Under the pieces are notes generated by a model, which saw only the letters and a list, made by a program, of their open reading frames with translations, had not been told where the DNA came from and ran no database searches. Positions 28,493 to 38,673 of a DNA stretch of 57,820 nucleotides are shown here, piece by piece (positions within the stretch are counted from its first letter, which is position 1; every line of letters begins with the position of its first letter). Source of the stretch: Atribacterota bacterium. Its GTDB lineage: Bacteria; Atribacterota; Phoenicimicrobiia; Phoenicimicrobiales; Phoenicimicrobiaceae. The DNA lies in assembly GCA_030605615.1 (NCBI GenBank), contig JAUWHZ010000027.1, forward strand, positions 1 to 57,820, in the 5' to 3' direction. A program made the position numbers and the translations under genes.

Positions 28493-29983
28493 ATGCCCAG
28501 ATATAGTTATAGAATAAAACGCTTAAAACAGAGTAAAAAAAGTTTTTTAGGAAGGTCATTTCTAATTTCTATTATAGTTAATGTTATATTATTGTATGCT
28601 TTTGGAAATATGATTGCCTTTGATTTTAAGAAACCTTTTCCAGAAGAAGAGCTGACCCTGGTCACTCTGGTGGAACTTCCTGCCCCCAAAAAGCCAGAAA
28701 CTAAAAAACCAGAAATTACTGAGAAAAAACCTGTTGCTCAATTACAAGTTAAACCAAAGCTCGAGCCAGTTTCACCAGAGCCACCTAAATTAAAGGAAGA
28801 GGTAACTGAGACTAAGGTAATAGAGAAAGAAGAATTAACCGAAGGCACACCCAAAGTAGAAGTTAAGACTCCACAGATTGAGACCGAACCCGAATTGATA
28901 GCACCTTCTCCACAAGCAAAGGAGTCTTTAGGAGAGGACATAAGTATTTCTACTGAATATTTTAAGCAGGCCATAGCCAGTAGAAAAGAGGTAAAGGGGG
29001 AGATCTTCGAGCCAGGAGAGTCACAGCTTAAGGTTAATTTAGGCGAAAAAGAGGAAGAAAATATTGAAGCGACCTATGGTACAATAGTTAGTCCGGGAGA
29101 AATTAGTACCCTTCCCGAAGTAAAGGAAAAAGAATCACCCTTCGGGAGTAGACCCCTTTCTATTATGATAGAAAATTCAGAGGGAGCCCGACCCCAGACT
29201 GGTTTAGATAAGGCCAGTATTGTCTACGAAGTTTTAGCAGAAGGTGGAATAACTAGATTTTTAGCTATTTATTATGATAAAGATGCAGAAGAAGTTGGAC
29301 CAGTAAGGAGTGCCCGTCCTTATTTTGTTAGTAAGTCTTTAGAACACCAGGCAATTTATGTCCATATAGGAGGAAGTGAAGAAGCTTATAATTTCATAAA
29401 GACAGAAAAAATTGATGATATAAATGAATTTGTAGATTTTCAACCCTTTTGGCGAACTAAAGACCGAAAACCACCACATAATTTATATACCTCAACTATT
29501 AAGCTAAGAAAAGAAGCTAACAAATTAGGTTATATAGAAATGATAAAGAAGGAAGATTATCAATTTGAAACTGATAGAAATGAAAAATTAACTGGCAGAC
29601 AAGCCAATACTATAGTAATTCCTTATAACGATATCTATACAGTTAGCTATGAATATCAGCCTGAATCAATGAAATATCTAAGATTTTTAAATGGTAAGCC
29701 CCATATAGATGCTAAGACCAAAAAACAATTGTCAATAGATAATATTGTTGTCCAATTTGCCAAAACCAAAGTCATTGATGAAGAGGGAAGATTAGCAATG
29801 GATTTTATTGGTGAGGGAAGAGGTTTAATATTCTTTAAAGGAGATTCTGAAGAAATTACCTGGAAAAAGCAGGACTTAAGGGCAAGGACAGTATTTTTTA
29901 ATAAAGAGGGAGACCGAATAGCTTTCACGCCAGGGAGCATTTGGATCCAAATTGTCTTCTCAGATTTAACGGTAGAATATTAA
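28493..29983 (+). CDS. TonB-like anchor + Pro/Lys/Glu-rich stalk fused to DUF3048 (YerB-like) domain
   Basis: TM SFLISIIVNVILLY; PAPKKPETKKPE… stalk; IMIENSEGARPQTGL…EGGITR…GPVRSARPY. Confidence 0.8.
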   Translation: MPRYSYRIKRLKQSKKSFLGRSFLISIIVNVILLYAFGNMIAFDFKKPFPEEELTLVTLVELPAPKKPETKKPEITEKKPVAQLQVKPKLEPVSPEPPKLKEEVTETKVIEKEELTEGTPKVEVKTPQIETEPELIAPSPQAKESLGEDISISTEYFKQAIASRKEVKGEIFEPGESQLKVNLGEKEEENIEATYGTIVSPGEISTLPEVKEKESPFGSRPLSIMIENSEGARPQTGLDKASIVYEVLAEGGITRFLAIYYDKDAEEVGPVRSARPYFVSKSLEHQAIYVHIGGSEEAYNFIKTEKIDDINEFVDFQPFWRTKDRKPPHNLYTSTIKLRKEANKLGYIEMIKKEDYQFETDRNEKLTGRQANTIVIPYNDIYTVSYEYQPESMKYLRFLNGKPHIDAKTKKQLSIDNIVVQFAKTKVIDEEGRLAMDFIGEGRGLIFFKGDSEEITWKKQDLRARTVFFNKEGDRIAFTPGSIWIQIVFSDLTVEY

Positions 29984-30030
29984 AATGTTACATAACTATT
30001 GAGATCTCTAAATTTGTGGATAATATGAAC

Positions 30031-30927
30031 ATGAAAAATTTAGAAGAAATTTTAGGATATTTTTTAGATTATTTATCTGTTGAAAGAGGCTTAGCACAAA
30101 ATACTATAATTTCTTATAGATATGATCTGATAAAATACATTAATTTTTTTAAAAAAAATAAGGTTCAGTCTTTTAACCAAACCAACAAAGGATTAATTAA
30201 TAATTATTTTGTTTATCTAAGAAAAGAAGGTTTAGAGATTAATTCGATTTCTAGAAATTTAGTTGCGATAAAGATGTTTTATCGTTTTATGTTAGCTGAA
30301 GGTTTTATCAATGAAGATGTTAGTAGTTTAATTGAATTTCCCCGAGTAAGCAAGAAGCTCCCTTATGCTTTAAGTTTAAGGGAGATAAATATTTTATTAG
30401 ATGATTCAAATTTTAGAGAATATTTGGGGCAAAGAGACCAGGCAATATTGGAATTATTCTATGCTACTGGAATAAGAGTATCAGAATTAATAAACTTGAA
30501 GATTGATGATATAAATATGGAAAATCAGATGTTAAAATGTTTAGGAAAAGGTTCTAAAGAACGAATTATTCCTTTTGGAAGTAAAGCCTATCAGTCTTTA
30601 AGCTTATATCTTAAAGAAGTTAGACTAAGATTAGCTAAAGACCCCAAAGTAAATGCTTTATTTTTAAATAATAGAGGGGAGAGACTTTCCCGACAGGGGA
30701 TATTTTTTTTAGTGAAAAAGTATGCTCGTAAAGCAGGGATAGAAAAGAAGGTCACCCCCCATACTTTAAGGCATACTTTAGCTACTCATTTACTGGAAAA
30801 TGGGGCTGATCTCAGGTCGGTGCAGGAGATGCTGGGCCATTCGGATATTTCTACTACTCAGATTTATACTCATGTAAGTAGAAAATGGATTAAAGAGGAA
30901 TATTACAGAGCTTTTCCCCGAACGTAA
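30031..30927 (+). CDS. xerD: Site-specific tyrosine recombinase XerD
   Basis: VERGLAQNT, ATGIRVSE, GKGSKER, HTLRH, LGHSDISTTQIY; start 30025 or 30031. Confidence 0.92.
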   Translation: MKNLEEILGYFLDYLSVERGLAQNTIISYRYDLIKYINFFKKNKVQSFNQTNKGLINNYFVYLRKEGLEINSISRNLVAIKMFYRFMLAEGFINEDVSSLIEFPRVSKKLPYALSLREINILLDDSNFREYLGQRDQAILELFYATGIRVSELINLKIDDINMENQMLKCLGKGSKERIIPFGSKAYQSLSLYLKEVRLRLAKDPKVNALFLNNRGERLSRQGIFFLVKKYARKAGIEKKVTPHTLRHTLATHLLENGADLRSVQEMLGHSDISTTQIYTHVSRKWIKEEYYRAFPRT

Positions 30928-31075
30928 ACTAGTATATAGTATATCGTATGTAGTATATAGCAAAGAAGAAAGAAAACAGAAGACAGAATTCAGGAGCCAG
31001 AATGAGATAGTATCGCGTATTTAGCTAGCAAAATAACTAACTAGCTAACCAAATTGACCAGCGAACTGGTTAATT
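30928..31075. repeat. 7/8-mer repeat mosaic
   Basis: tagtata, acagaag, taactagc/taac units; tagcaaagaagaaagaaaa shared with ~26955. Confidence 0.7.
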
Positions 31076-31099
31076 AAATTATTAGGAGGCACAATAAAA

Positions 31100-31924
31100 G
31101 TGGTAGATTTGAAAGCAAAAATTGCAGAAAGTGTTGAATATATTAATAAAAAAAGTAAGATTAAACCCAAGATTGCTATTATCCTGGGGACTGGATTGGG
31201 AAGATTAGCAGAAGATATTAAAGAAAAAGAAATAATTCCTTATGGTGATATTCCTAATTTTCCTGTATCTACTGTTCAAAGCCATAGTGGCAACTTGGTT
31301 TTGGGAAAATTAGGAAATAAAGAAGTAGTAGCTATGCAGGGGAGATTTCATTATTATGAGGGTTATAGCTTAGAAGAAGTCACTTTTCCTGTAAGGGTTA
31401 TGAAAAAGTTTGGAGCAGATATAATCATTATTTCTAATGCAGCAGGAGGGATGAACCGATCTTTTAAAAGAGGGGATTTAATGATTATTACTGATCATAT
31501 AAATTTATTTGGAAATAACCCCTTAATTGGCCCCAATGATGAAGAATTAGGACCAAGATTTCCGGATATGTCTGAAGCTTACAGCCGAAAGCTTATTGAA
31601 TTGGCTTTAAAGGTAGCATTAAAAGAAAAAATTAAATTACATCAAGGGGTATATGCAGTTTTGACTGGACCTACTTTGGAAACGCCTGCAGAGTATAGAT
31701 TTTTAATAAAGATTGGTGCAGATGCAGTTGGGATGTCTACAGTTCCAGAGGTGATAGTAGCAAATCATATGGGAATGAAAGTACTGGGGATTTCTTGTAT
31801 CACCGATTTAGCTATAGATGGGGTAATAGAAAAGACTAGTTTAGAGGAAATATTAAAAGTCGCCTCTGATGCTGAACCCACCATGGCTAAATTAGTCAAG
31901 AAGGTGATTGAAAAAATTGATTAA
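31100..31924 (+). CDS. punA: Purine nucleoside phosphorylase (family 2)
   Basis: ILGTGLG, QGRFHYYEG, NAAGG, ETPAEY, GMSTVPE. Confidence 0.92.
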   Translation: MVDLKAKIAESVEYINKKSKIKPKIAIILGTGLGRLAEDIKEKEIIPYGDIPNFPVSTVQSHSGNLVLGKLGNKEVVAMQGRFHYYEGYSLEEVTFPVRVMKKFGADIIIISNAAGGMNRSFKRGDLMIITDHINLFGNNPLIGPNDEELGPRFPDMSEAYSRKLIELALKVALKEKIKLHQGVYAVLTGPTLETPAEYRFLIKIGADAVGMSTVPEVIVANHMGMKVLGISCITDLAIDGVIEKTSLEEILKVASDAEPTMAKLVKKVIEKID

Positions 31925-32375
31925 TAATGGTTTAAGAGTTGCCCTTCTATCTGCTCTACCTATTACTGAATTAAGAGGGGCTATTCCTTTGGCTTTAACA
32001 ATTTATAAAATGCCCGTTTTCCCGGCGTATATTTTTGCGGTTTTAGGAAATATAGTACCGGCAATTTTTTTATTACTTTATTTAAAACCCTTTTCGGATT
32101 TTTTATGTCAATGGCGTTTGTTTAATATGTTTTTTGAATGGCTTTTTAAAAGAACACGCCGGAATAATGTAGAAAAATACGAAAAGTATGGGGCATTATT
32201 TTTATTATTCTTTGTGGCTATTCCACTTCCTGTAACTGGAGCCTGGACTGGTTCGGTTGCCGCATTTGTCCTTGGAATAAGATTTTGGTATGCTTTTCCT
32301 ACGATAGTAGGAGGGGTTATGATTGCAGGAATAATTGTTACTTTAGCCAGTCTGGGAGTTATTAATTTTATTTAA
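31908..32375 (+). CDS. Small multidrug export-like membrane protein (COG2426)
   Basis: LPITELRGAIP, FVAIPLPVTGAWTG. Confidence 0.85.
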   Translation: MKKLINNGLRVALLSALPITELRGAIPLALTIYKMPVFPAYIFAVLGNIVPAIFLLLYLKPFSDFLCQWRLFNMFFEWLFKRTRRNNVEKYEKYGALFLLFFVAIPLPVTGAWTGSVAAFVLGIRFWYAFPTIVGGVMIAGIIVTLASLGVINFI

Positions 32376-32466
32376 AATCGTTAGCTGGTTTGATATTAAT
32401 ACATCAACTAATTAACCAGGTAACCAATTAGCCAACTAACCAATTAACTACTAGAGAGAGGAAAAG

Positions 32467-33504
32467 ATGAGAACTATAGAATGGAAAGAAGGGAAAGTTT
32501 TTTTAATTGACCAGAGAAAACTTCCCTTAAAATGTGAAGTAATTAATTGTTCTACCTATCAAGAGGTAGCTGAGGCTATTAAGAAAATGAAGATAAGAGG
32601 TGCACCAGCTATCGGAGTAGCGGCTGCCTTTGGAATGGCCTTAGCTGCTTATTCTTCAAAGGCAAAGAATCATGAGAAATTTACCCATGATATGGAAGAG
32701 GCGAAAGATTGTCTGGCTTGTACTCGTCCTACAGCAGTTAATTTATTTTGGGCCCTGGATAGGATAATGAAATTAATAACAGCTGTGATTAAAAGAGATA
32801 TTGAACTTTTAAAATTGAAAGATTTAATTTTTCAGGAAGCTAAAAATATTGAGCAGGAAGATGTTGAGATAAATAAGAATATGGGAAGATATGGTTCTTC
32901 ACTTATAAAAGACGGAGATAGTATTTTGACTCATTGCAATGCCGGGGCTTTAGCAACTGTAGATCATGGTACAGCCTTAGGGGTAATTCGAACTGCTTTT
33001 GAAGAGGGGAAGAAGATACATGTCTATGTCGATGAAACCAGACCGGTATTACAGGGAGCCCGACTCACTACCTGGGAATTGATGCAAGATAAAATTCCCT
33101 TTACTTTAATTACTGATAATATGGCTGGATTTTTAATGTCAAAAAATAAAGTAAACCTGGTAATAGTAGGGGCAGATCGTATTGCCCTTAATGGTGATGT
33201 GGTCAATAAGATTGGGACTTATTCTTTATCTGTATTAGCTCGGGAAAATGCAGTGCCTTTTTATGTGGCTGCTCCCTTATCAACTATAGATACTTCTTTA
33301 AAGTCAGGACAGGGAATCCCTATTGAAGAACGGGATCCAAAAGAAGTTACCCACGTTTTAGGCAAGCAGATAGCCCCTACAGGGGTGAAAGTGTTTAACC
33401 CAGCGTTTGATCTAACCCCTAACCGTTATGTGGAGGCCATTATTACCGAAAAAGGGATTATCAAAAAACCTTATGAGAAGAATATTAAAAAAATATTAAA
33501 TTAG
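32467..33504 (+). CDS. mtnA: S-methyl-5-thioribose-1-phosphate isomerase
   Basis: IRGAPAIG, TRPTAVNL, THCNAGALAT, DETRP, NPAFD. Confidence 0.95.
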   Translation: MRTIEWKEGKVFLIDQRKLPLKCEVINCSTYQEVAEAIKKMKIRGAPAIGVAAAFGMALAAYSSKAKNHEKFTHDMEEAKDCLACTRPTAVNLFWALDRIMKLITAVIKRDIELLKLKDLIFQEAKNIEQEDVEINKNMGRYGSSLIKDGDSILTHCNAGALATVDHGTALGVIRTAFEEGKKIHVYVDETRPVLQGARLTTWELMQDKIPFTLITDNMAGFLMSKNKVNLVIVGADRIALNGDVVNKIGTYSLSVLARENAVPFYVAAPLSTIDTSLKSGQGIPIEERDPKEVTHVLGKQIAPTGVKVFNPAFDLTPNRYVEAIITEKGIIKKPYEKNIKKILN

Positions 33505-33620
33505 TTAGACAGTTACTTAGTTACCTAATTAGTTAGTTCTCTAAGTGTCCGGTTAACCAGTTATCTTGTAAATTAACCAATTAACCAATTAACTAGCTAA
33601 CTAGCTAACCAACTAACTAA
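33505..33620. repeat. Degenerate 8-mer (taaccaat/taactagc) repeat tract, loosely inverted
   Basis: ttagttag… then …ttaaccaattaaccaattaactagctaactagctaacc; similar tracts at 32405-32450, 37910-37955, 39528-39612. Confidence 0.7.
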
Positions 33621-33636
33621 ATACAGGAGGAGTAAA

Positions 33637-34899
33637 TTGGATTCAGGAAAATTTATTATTACCGGAGGAAAGAGATTAGATGGTAGTGTAGAAATAGCTG
33701 GAGCGAAAAATTCTGCTCTATCTATTATGGCCGCCACCCTATTAACTAAAGATGTCTGTATTTTAAGAAATATCCCCCATCTTACCGATGTTGATACTAT
33801 GGCTGCAGTAATAAGGAAATTAGGGGTTAAAGTGGAATGGAGAGGAGATAATACGCTTTATATCGATTCCGATAATTTTAATAATTATGAGGCCCCTTAT
33901 GAGCTGGTTAAGAAGATGAGGGCTTCTATTTTAGTTATGGGGCCACTCTTGGCTCGCTTAAAGAAAGCGAAGATATCTTTGCCGGGCGGTTGTGCTATCG
34001 GTGCTCGTCCAGTTGATTTTCACATAAAGGGTTTTGAAGTTTTAGGTGCTCAAGTTGAAGTGGTGAGAGGTTACATTAAAGCAGAGGTTAAAAAGTTAAA
34101 AGGGGATGATATATACTTAGATTTCCCCAGTCTGGGAGCAACTGAAAATATAATGATGGCTGCCTCTTTAGCTGAAGGGGTTACTAAAATTGAGAATGCT
34201 GCCAAGGACCCTGAAATAGTAGAATTGGGAAATTTTTTAATAAAAATGGGAGCTAAAATAAAAGGTTTAGGGACTGATCTTATAAAAATAAAAGGAGTAA
34301 AAAAATTAAATGGAGTTGAATATAATATAATTCCTGACCGAATAGAAGCAGGAACCTATATGATTGCAGCAGCTATTACAGGTGGAGATATTTTAATAGA
34401 AAAAATCGATCCTTTATTATTAAAACCGGTAATAATAAAATTAGAAGAAGCAGGGGTAAAAATTAAACAAAAGAAGGATTCAATCAAGGTGATAGGACCT
34501 AAGAGAATTAATGCAGTGGATATTAAAACTTTACCTTTCCCAGGATTTCCTACTGATATACAGCCTCAGTTTATGGCTTTAACCTGTGTGGCGAAAGGGA
34601 CGAGTGTTATTATTGAAAGTGTATTTGAGAATAGATTTGCTCATACCGGAGATTTAATAAGAATGGGGGCAGATATTAAAGTTGAAGGACATAGTGCTAT
34701 TGTCAAGGGTGTAAGGAAATTGAGTGCTGCACCGGTAATGGCCTCAGATTTAAGGGGTGGAGCAGCTTTGATATTGGCTGGTTTGGTAGCAGAAGGAACT
34801 ACTGAGCTGAGCAGAATATATCACTTAGATAGAGGATATGTGAAGTTGGCAGATAAGCTAACTTCTTTAGGAGCAGACATTCATAGAGTGGAAGAGTAA
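33637..34899 (+). CDS. murA: UDP-N-acetylglucosamine 1-carboxyvinyltransferase
   Basis: GAKNS, LPGGCAIGARPVD, PDRIEAGT, GFPTD, HLDRGY. Confidence 0.97.
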   Translation: MDSGKFIITGGKRLDGSVEIAGAKNSALSIMAATLLTKDVCILRNIPHLTDVDTMAAVIRKLGVKVEWRGDNTLYIDSDNFNNYEAPYELVKKMRASILVMGPLLARLKKAKISLPGGCAIGARPVDFHIKGFEVLGAQVEVVRGYIKAEVKKLKGDDIYLDFPSLGATENIMMAASLAEGVTKIENAAKDPEIVELGNFLIKMGAKIKGLGTDLIKIKGVKKLNGVEYNIIPDRIEAGTYMIAAAITGGDILIEKIDPLLLKPVIIKLEEAGVKIKQKKDSIKVIGPKRINAVDIKTLPFPGFPTDIQPQFMALTCVAKGTSVIIESVFENRFAHTGDLIRMGADIKVEGHSAIVKGVRKLSAAPVMASDLRGGAALILAGLVAEGTTELSRIYHLDRGYVKLADKLTSLGADIHRVEE

Positions 34900-34941
34900 T
34901 ATACTAAATACTAATTTTAGGTAGAGGAGGAGAAAATAAAT

Positions 34942-35958
34942 ATGCTAGGAATGGACAGAAGTCTGGGCATAGACCTGGGAACCGTAAGTGTTATAATTTA
35001 TATGAAGGGGAAAGGTATTGTCCTTCAGGAACCTTCAGTAGTATCAATTTTACAAGATAGTGGAAAGGTCCTGGCAGTGGGAGAAGAAGCGAAAGATATG
35101 CTGGGTAAAACGCCAGGAAATATAATTGCTATTCAACCAATGAAGAGTGGGGTTATTGCAGATTATGAAATAACCGAAAAAATGTTGAGTTATTTTATCA
35201 AAAAGGTATGTGGCAATAGTAAGGTATTTCGTCCTCAAGTAGTAATTTGTGTCCCTTCAGGAGGGACTGAAGTAGAGAAGAGAGCAGCCATAGAAGCAGC
35301 TATGCAAGCTGGAGCAAGAAAGGCTTATTTAATTGAAGAGACGATGGCAGCAGCTATTGGAGCAGGTTTGGATATAAGTGAACCTTATGGCAATATGATT
35401 GTTGATGTAGGAGGAGGGACCGCCGACATAGCGGTTATCTCTCTGGGTGGAATTGTGGTTAGTGAATCGTTAAGAATAGCCAGTAATGACTTTGATGAAA
35501 ATCTTATAAAATATATCAAAGATAAATATAATTTAATGATTGGTGAAAGAACTGCTGAAACCTTAAAAATAGAAATTGGCACAGCGGTGGAATTAGAAGA
35601 AGAATTATTTACAGATATAAGAGGAAGAGATTTAGTATCTGGTTTACCCAAGAGTATTTCTGTAGGTTCTAATGAAGTGTTGAAAGCTATTTTTCCTTCC
35701 TTAAAAATGATAATAGAAGCAATTAAAGCAGTTTTAGAGAAAACTCCTCCCGAGTTAGCAGCGGATATTGCCGATAAAGGGATTGTCGTTACCGGAGGAG
35801 GAGCTTTATTGAGAAACTTTGATCAATTATTGACTGAGGTAATCGGGATACCTGCATATTTATCAGAAAATCCAATTTCCTGTGTAGCCTTAGGTGCGGG
35901 GAAGGTTTTGGATAACATCCATATATTAAAGAGTGGGTTGGTAAGTACTTACAAGTAA
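34942..35958 (+). CDS. mreB: MreB/Mbl actin-like protein
   Basis: GIDLGT, VDVGGGT, GERTAE, TPPEL, TGGGAL; murA-adjacent position suggests Mbl type. Confidence 0.9.
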   Translation: MLGMDRSLGIDLGTVSVIIYMKGKGIVLQEPSVVSILQDSGKVLAVGEEAKDMLGKTPGNIIAIQPMKSGVIADYEITEKMLSYFIKKVCGNSKVFRPQVVICVPSGGTEVEKRAAIEAAMQAGARKAYLIEETMAAAIGAGLDISEPYGNMIVDVGGGTADIAVISLGGIVVSESLRIASNDFDENLIKYIKDKYNLMIGERTAETLKIEIGTAVELEEELFTDIRGRDLVSGLPKSISVGSNEVLKAIFPSLKMIIEAIKAVLEKTPPELAADIADKGIVVTGGGALLRNFDQLLTEVIGIPAYLSENPISCVALGAGKVLDNIHILKSGLVSTYK

Positions 35959-35959
35959 A

Positions 35960-36010
35960 TTAGTCGTTAGTGAATAGTCGTTAGTAGGACAGGCGTCCCG
36001 CCTGTCTATA
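35960..36010. repeat. Heptamer tract + GTAG-REP (35984-36006)
   Basis: tagtcgt-tagtgaa-tagtcgt-ta-GTAG-gacaggcg-tcc-cgcctgtc. Confidence 0.85.
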
Positions 36011-36091
36011 AGATAATTAGATATCAATCGTTAGTATTTAGTTATCCAGTTGGCCAGTTACCCCAATTGGTGAATTAATCAGAGGTAAAGA

Positions 36092-37909
36092 ATGAAGACA
36101 AGATTAAATATTAGTTTATTAATAAAATTTATATTAATTTTATTAATTTTATTTAGCTTAAGTGTAAGCGTCACGTTTTCTAATGATTTGTTTATGTCAA
36201 CTTCTGAGATAAAGCCAGGGATGAGAGGGATAGGAAAGACAGTTTTTCATGGCACTGAAATAGAGACTTTTCAGGTGGATATTATAGATATAATCAAAGG
36301 AGAAGGCGAAATTGATAATTTTATTCTTGCCCATTTAAGTGGAGAGAGAATTGAAGCAAGTGGTGGTATCTCGGAGGGGATGAGTGGCAGCCCGGTCTAT
36401 ATAGATGGTAGATTAATTGGAGCTATATCTTATGCCTGGGAAATGAGTGAACATAACCTCTGTCTTATAACACCTATCCAGGAGATGTTAAAAATATTTA
36501 ATCTTCCGATTAATTATGACCATTCCTTATTCCAAGAATATCAGATTAATAAATCTTTGTGTCTTGCCGGGAAGGAAATTAACAAGATAATTGTAAAAGA
36601 TAGTGTTGAAGATAATAATTTTTACAAAAAAATAAATCAGGAAGAAATTGTTTTTTATCCAGTAACCTCATCAGTTACTATAAGCGGTCTGAAAGGTAGA
36701 TCCTTTGACCGGTTAAGCAATTCATTGAAAAAATTTAATCTGAAACCAGTTCAGGGTGTTTACGGCTTAGAGAAAGTAGACTTTCAGGATGTAGGAGAAA
36801 AACCTTCTCGTAAAGTAGAAGCTGGTTCTGCAATAGGAATACAGTTAACTCGAGGAGATGTCAATATTACTTCTATTGGAACAGTAACTTACCGAGAGGG
36901 AAATAAAATTTTAGCTCTAGGTCATCCTTTTTTAAAGAAGGGAGAGGTTTCTTTTCTTCTTTCTACGGTATATATTTATCATAGTATGCCCAACATAGTT
37001 ATGCCTTTTAAATTAGGTTCTCCTTTATACTTAGTAGGAAAAATTGTTCAGGATAGAGAGGCAGGAATACAGGGGATACTTAATTCCTACCCCCGCGTAA
37101 TTCCTCTTATAATAAATGTAGAAAATATCGATTCGGGATCATTTTATCAAATGGGAGTCCAATTGATAGATGATTATGACTTATTAGAGCCCTTAGTATC
37201 AAATATAACTGTGCAAGCAATAGATAATGCTCTGGATAGAATTGGGGTAGGTTCTGCCCAGGTAGTTATAGATATTAAGGGTGTAAAAGAGGGACAAGAA
37301 GTTTGTAGAAAAAATATGTATTATAGTTCAAACGATATAGCTATTCAGGTTATTACCGAGATACCCGAAATTATCGATTTAATTATTAATAATTATTTTG
37401 AGGCCGTGAGTTTGGCCCAGATAAATATCGATATTAGAATAGATAATAAAAGGAAAATTGGTAAGATAGAAGAGGTGACCTTGGAAGAATCATCTCTAAA
37501 ACCAGGAGATAGTCTAATAGCACAGATTAAGATTAGACCTTTTCGGGGAGATTTAATCGAAAAGACATTGACTATTCAACTTCCTTCTCATGTTTCTTCA
37601 GGCGAGGCTTTATTAATGGTTAGTGGAGGAGGAGATTTAAATAATCAACAAGAAGAGCTTGTTAATGGCGGTGAAAAAGTTTATAAAAATTTAGAAGAAA
37701 TATTTAAAGATATTACTGATAGGCCGAGGGGTAATCAAATTATTGGAGAAGTAATAATTTATTCGGATGAATTTACCTCTGAGGAAGAGACTGGTGAAGA
37801 TGATCTAAAGGAAAATGAAGAAAAAAAGGATTTACTGATTTCTAAGATTGAAACCGATATGGTTATAGAAGGATATCTGGAAGTATCTTTTACAATATTA
37901 GAAGATTAG
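36092..37909 (+). CDS. SpoIVB/peptidase S55 domain secreted protein
   Basis: GMRGIGKTV, EGMSGSPVY, GTVTY…LGHPF; signal peptide. Confidence 0.85.
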   Translation: MKTRLNISLLIKFILILLILFSLSVSVTFSNDLFMSTSEIKPGMRGIGKTVFHGTEIETFQVDIIDIIKGEGEIDNFILAHLSGERIEASGGISEGMSGSPVYIDGRLIGAISYAWEMSEHNLCLITPIQEMLKIFNLPINYDHSLFQEYQINKSLCLAGKEINKIIVKDSVEDNNFYKKINQEEIVFYPVTSSVTISGLKGRSFDRLSNSLKKFNLKPVQGVYGLEKVDFQDVGEKPSRKVEAGSAIGIQLTRGDVNITSIGTVTYREGNKILALGHPFLKKGEVSFLLSTVYIYHSMPNIVMPFKLGSPLYLVGKIVQDREAGIQGILNSYPRVIPLIINVENIDSGSFYQMGVQLIDDYDLLEPLVSNITVQAIDNALDRIGVGSAQVVIDIKGVKEGQEVCRKNMYYSSNDIAIQVITEIPEIIDLIINNYFEAVSLAQINIDIRIDNKRKIGKIEEVTLEESSLKPGDSLIAQIKIRPFRGDLIEKTLTIQLPSHVSSGEALLMVSGGGDLNNQQEELVNGGEKVYKNLEEIFKDITDRPRGNQIIGEVIIYSDEFTSEEETGEDDLKENEEKKDLLISKIETDMVIEGYLEVSFTILED

Positions 37910-37971
37910 CCAATTATCCAATTAACCGATTTGCCAATTAATTGGCAAATTAATAGATGGGATGGAAGAAG

Positions 37972-38673
37972 ATGAAAGTTGTAGCTTTAATTGCGGCTGC
38001 TGGTTTGGGCAAAAGAATGAATTCCAAAATAAGCAAGTCCTTTATCCCTATTTTTGGGAAACCAATTTTAGCTTATACCCTTGAAAAATTCGAACAATGT
38101 AAACTTATTGAAGAAATATGTCTTATAGTCAATCAAGAAGAAAAAGATTTTTGCTCAAAAAATATAATTTTGAGATATAATTTTTCTAAGGTCCAAAAAA
38201 TAATTAACGGCGGTGAAACGAGGCAGGAGTCAGTTTATAATGGTCTTAAGGCTCTGAATCCTGATGTAGATATTGTAGTAATTCATGATGGAGCTCGGCC
38301 ATTAGTTGAAGAAACTCTTATTCAAGATTCGATTGAAGTAGCCCAAAAAAACGGAGCAGTCATAGTAGCAATTCCACTTAAAGATACTGTTAAAAAGAGT
38401 CAAAAAAATTTTTTTATAAAAGAAACTCTTAATCGGGATGAGATATGGAGAGCCCAAACTCCTCAAACTTTTAAATATGATATAATTTTATCTGCCCATC
38501 ATCAGGCTTATAAGGATAAGTTTTGTGCCACTGATGATGCTGCAATTGTAGAAAGATATGGACATAAAGTAAAAATGATAATTGGTTCTGAAGAAAATAT
38601 TAAAATAACTACTCCTTTTGATATAATTATCGCGGAGAATTTTTTAAAAAGAGGATTTAAGTTTACACCATGA
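37972..38673 (+). CDS. ispD: 2-C-methyl-D-erythritol 4-phosphate cytidylyltransferase
   Basis: AAAGLGKRM, GGETRQESV, IHDGARP, AQTPQ, NIKITT. Confidence 0.95.
   Translation: MKVVALIAAAGLGKRMNSKISKSFIPIFGKPILAYTLEKFEQCKLIEEICLIVNQEEKDFCSKNIILRYNFSKVQKIINGGETRQESVYNGLKALNPDVDIVVIHDGARPLVEETLIQDSIEVAQKNGAVIVAIPLKDTVKKSQKNFFIKETLNRDEIWRAQTPQTFKYDIILSAHHQAYKDKFCATDDAAIVERYGHKVKMIIGSEENIKITTPFDIIIAENFLKRGFKFTP

Noticed and set aside
30031-30927. Tyrosine recombinase as a prophage or island integrase
   Set aside because: Typical XerD in housekeeping context next to punA; no att sites or phage genes seen
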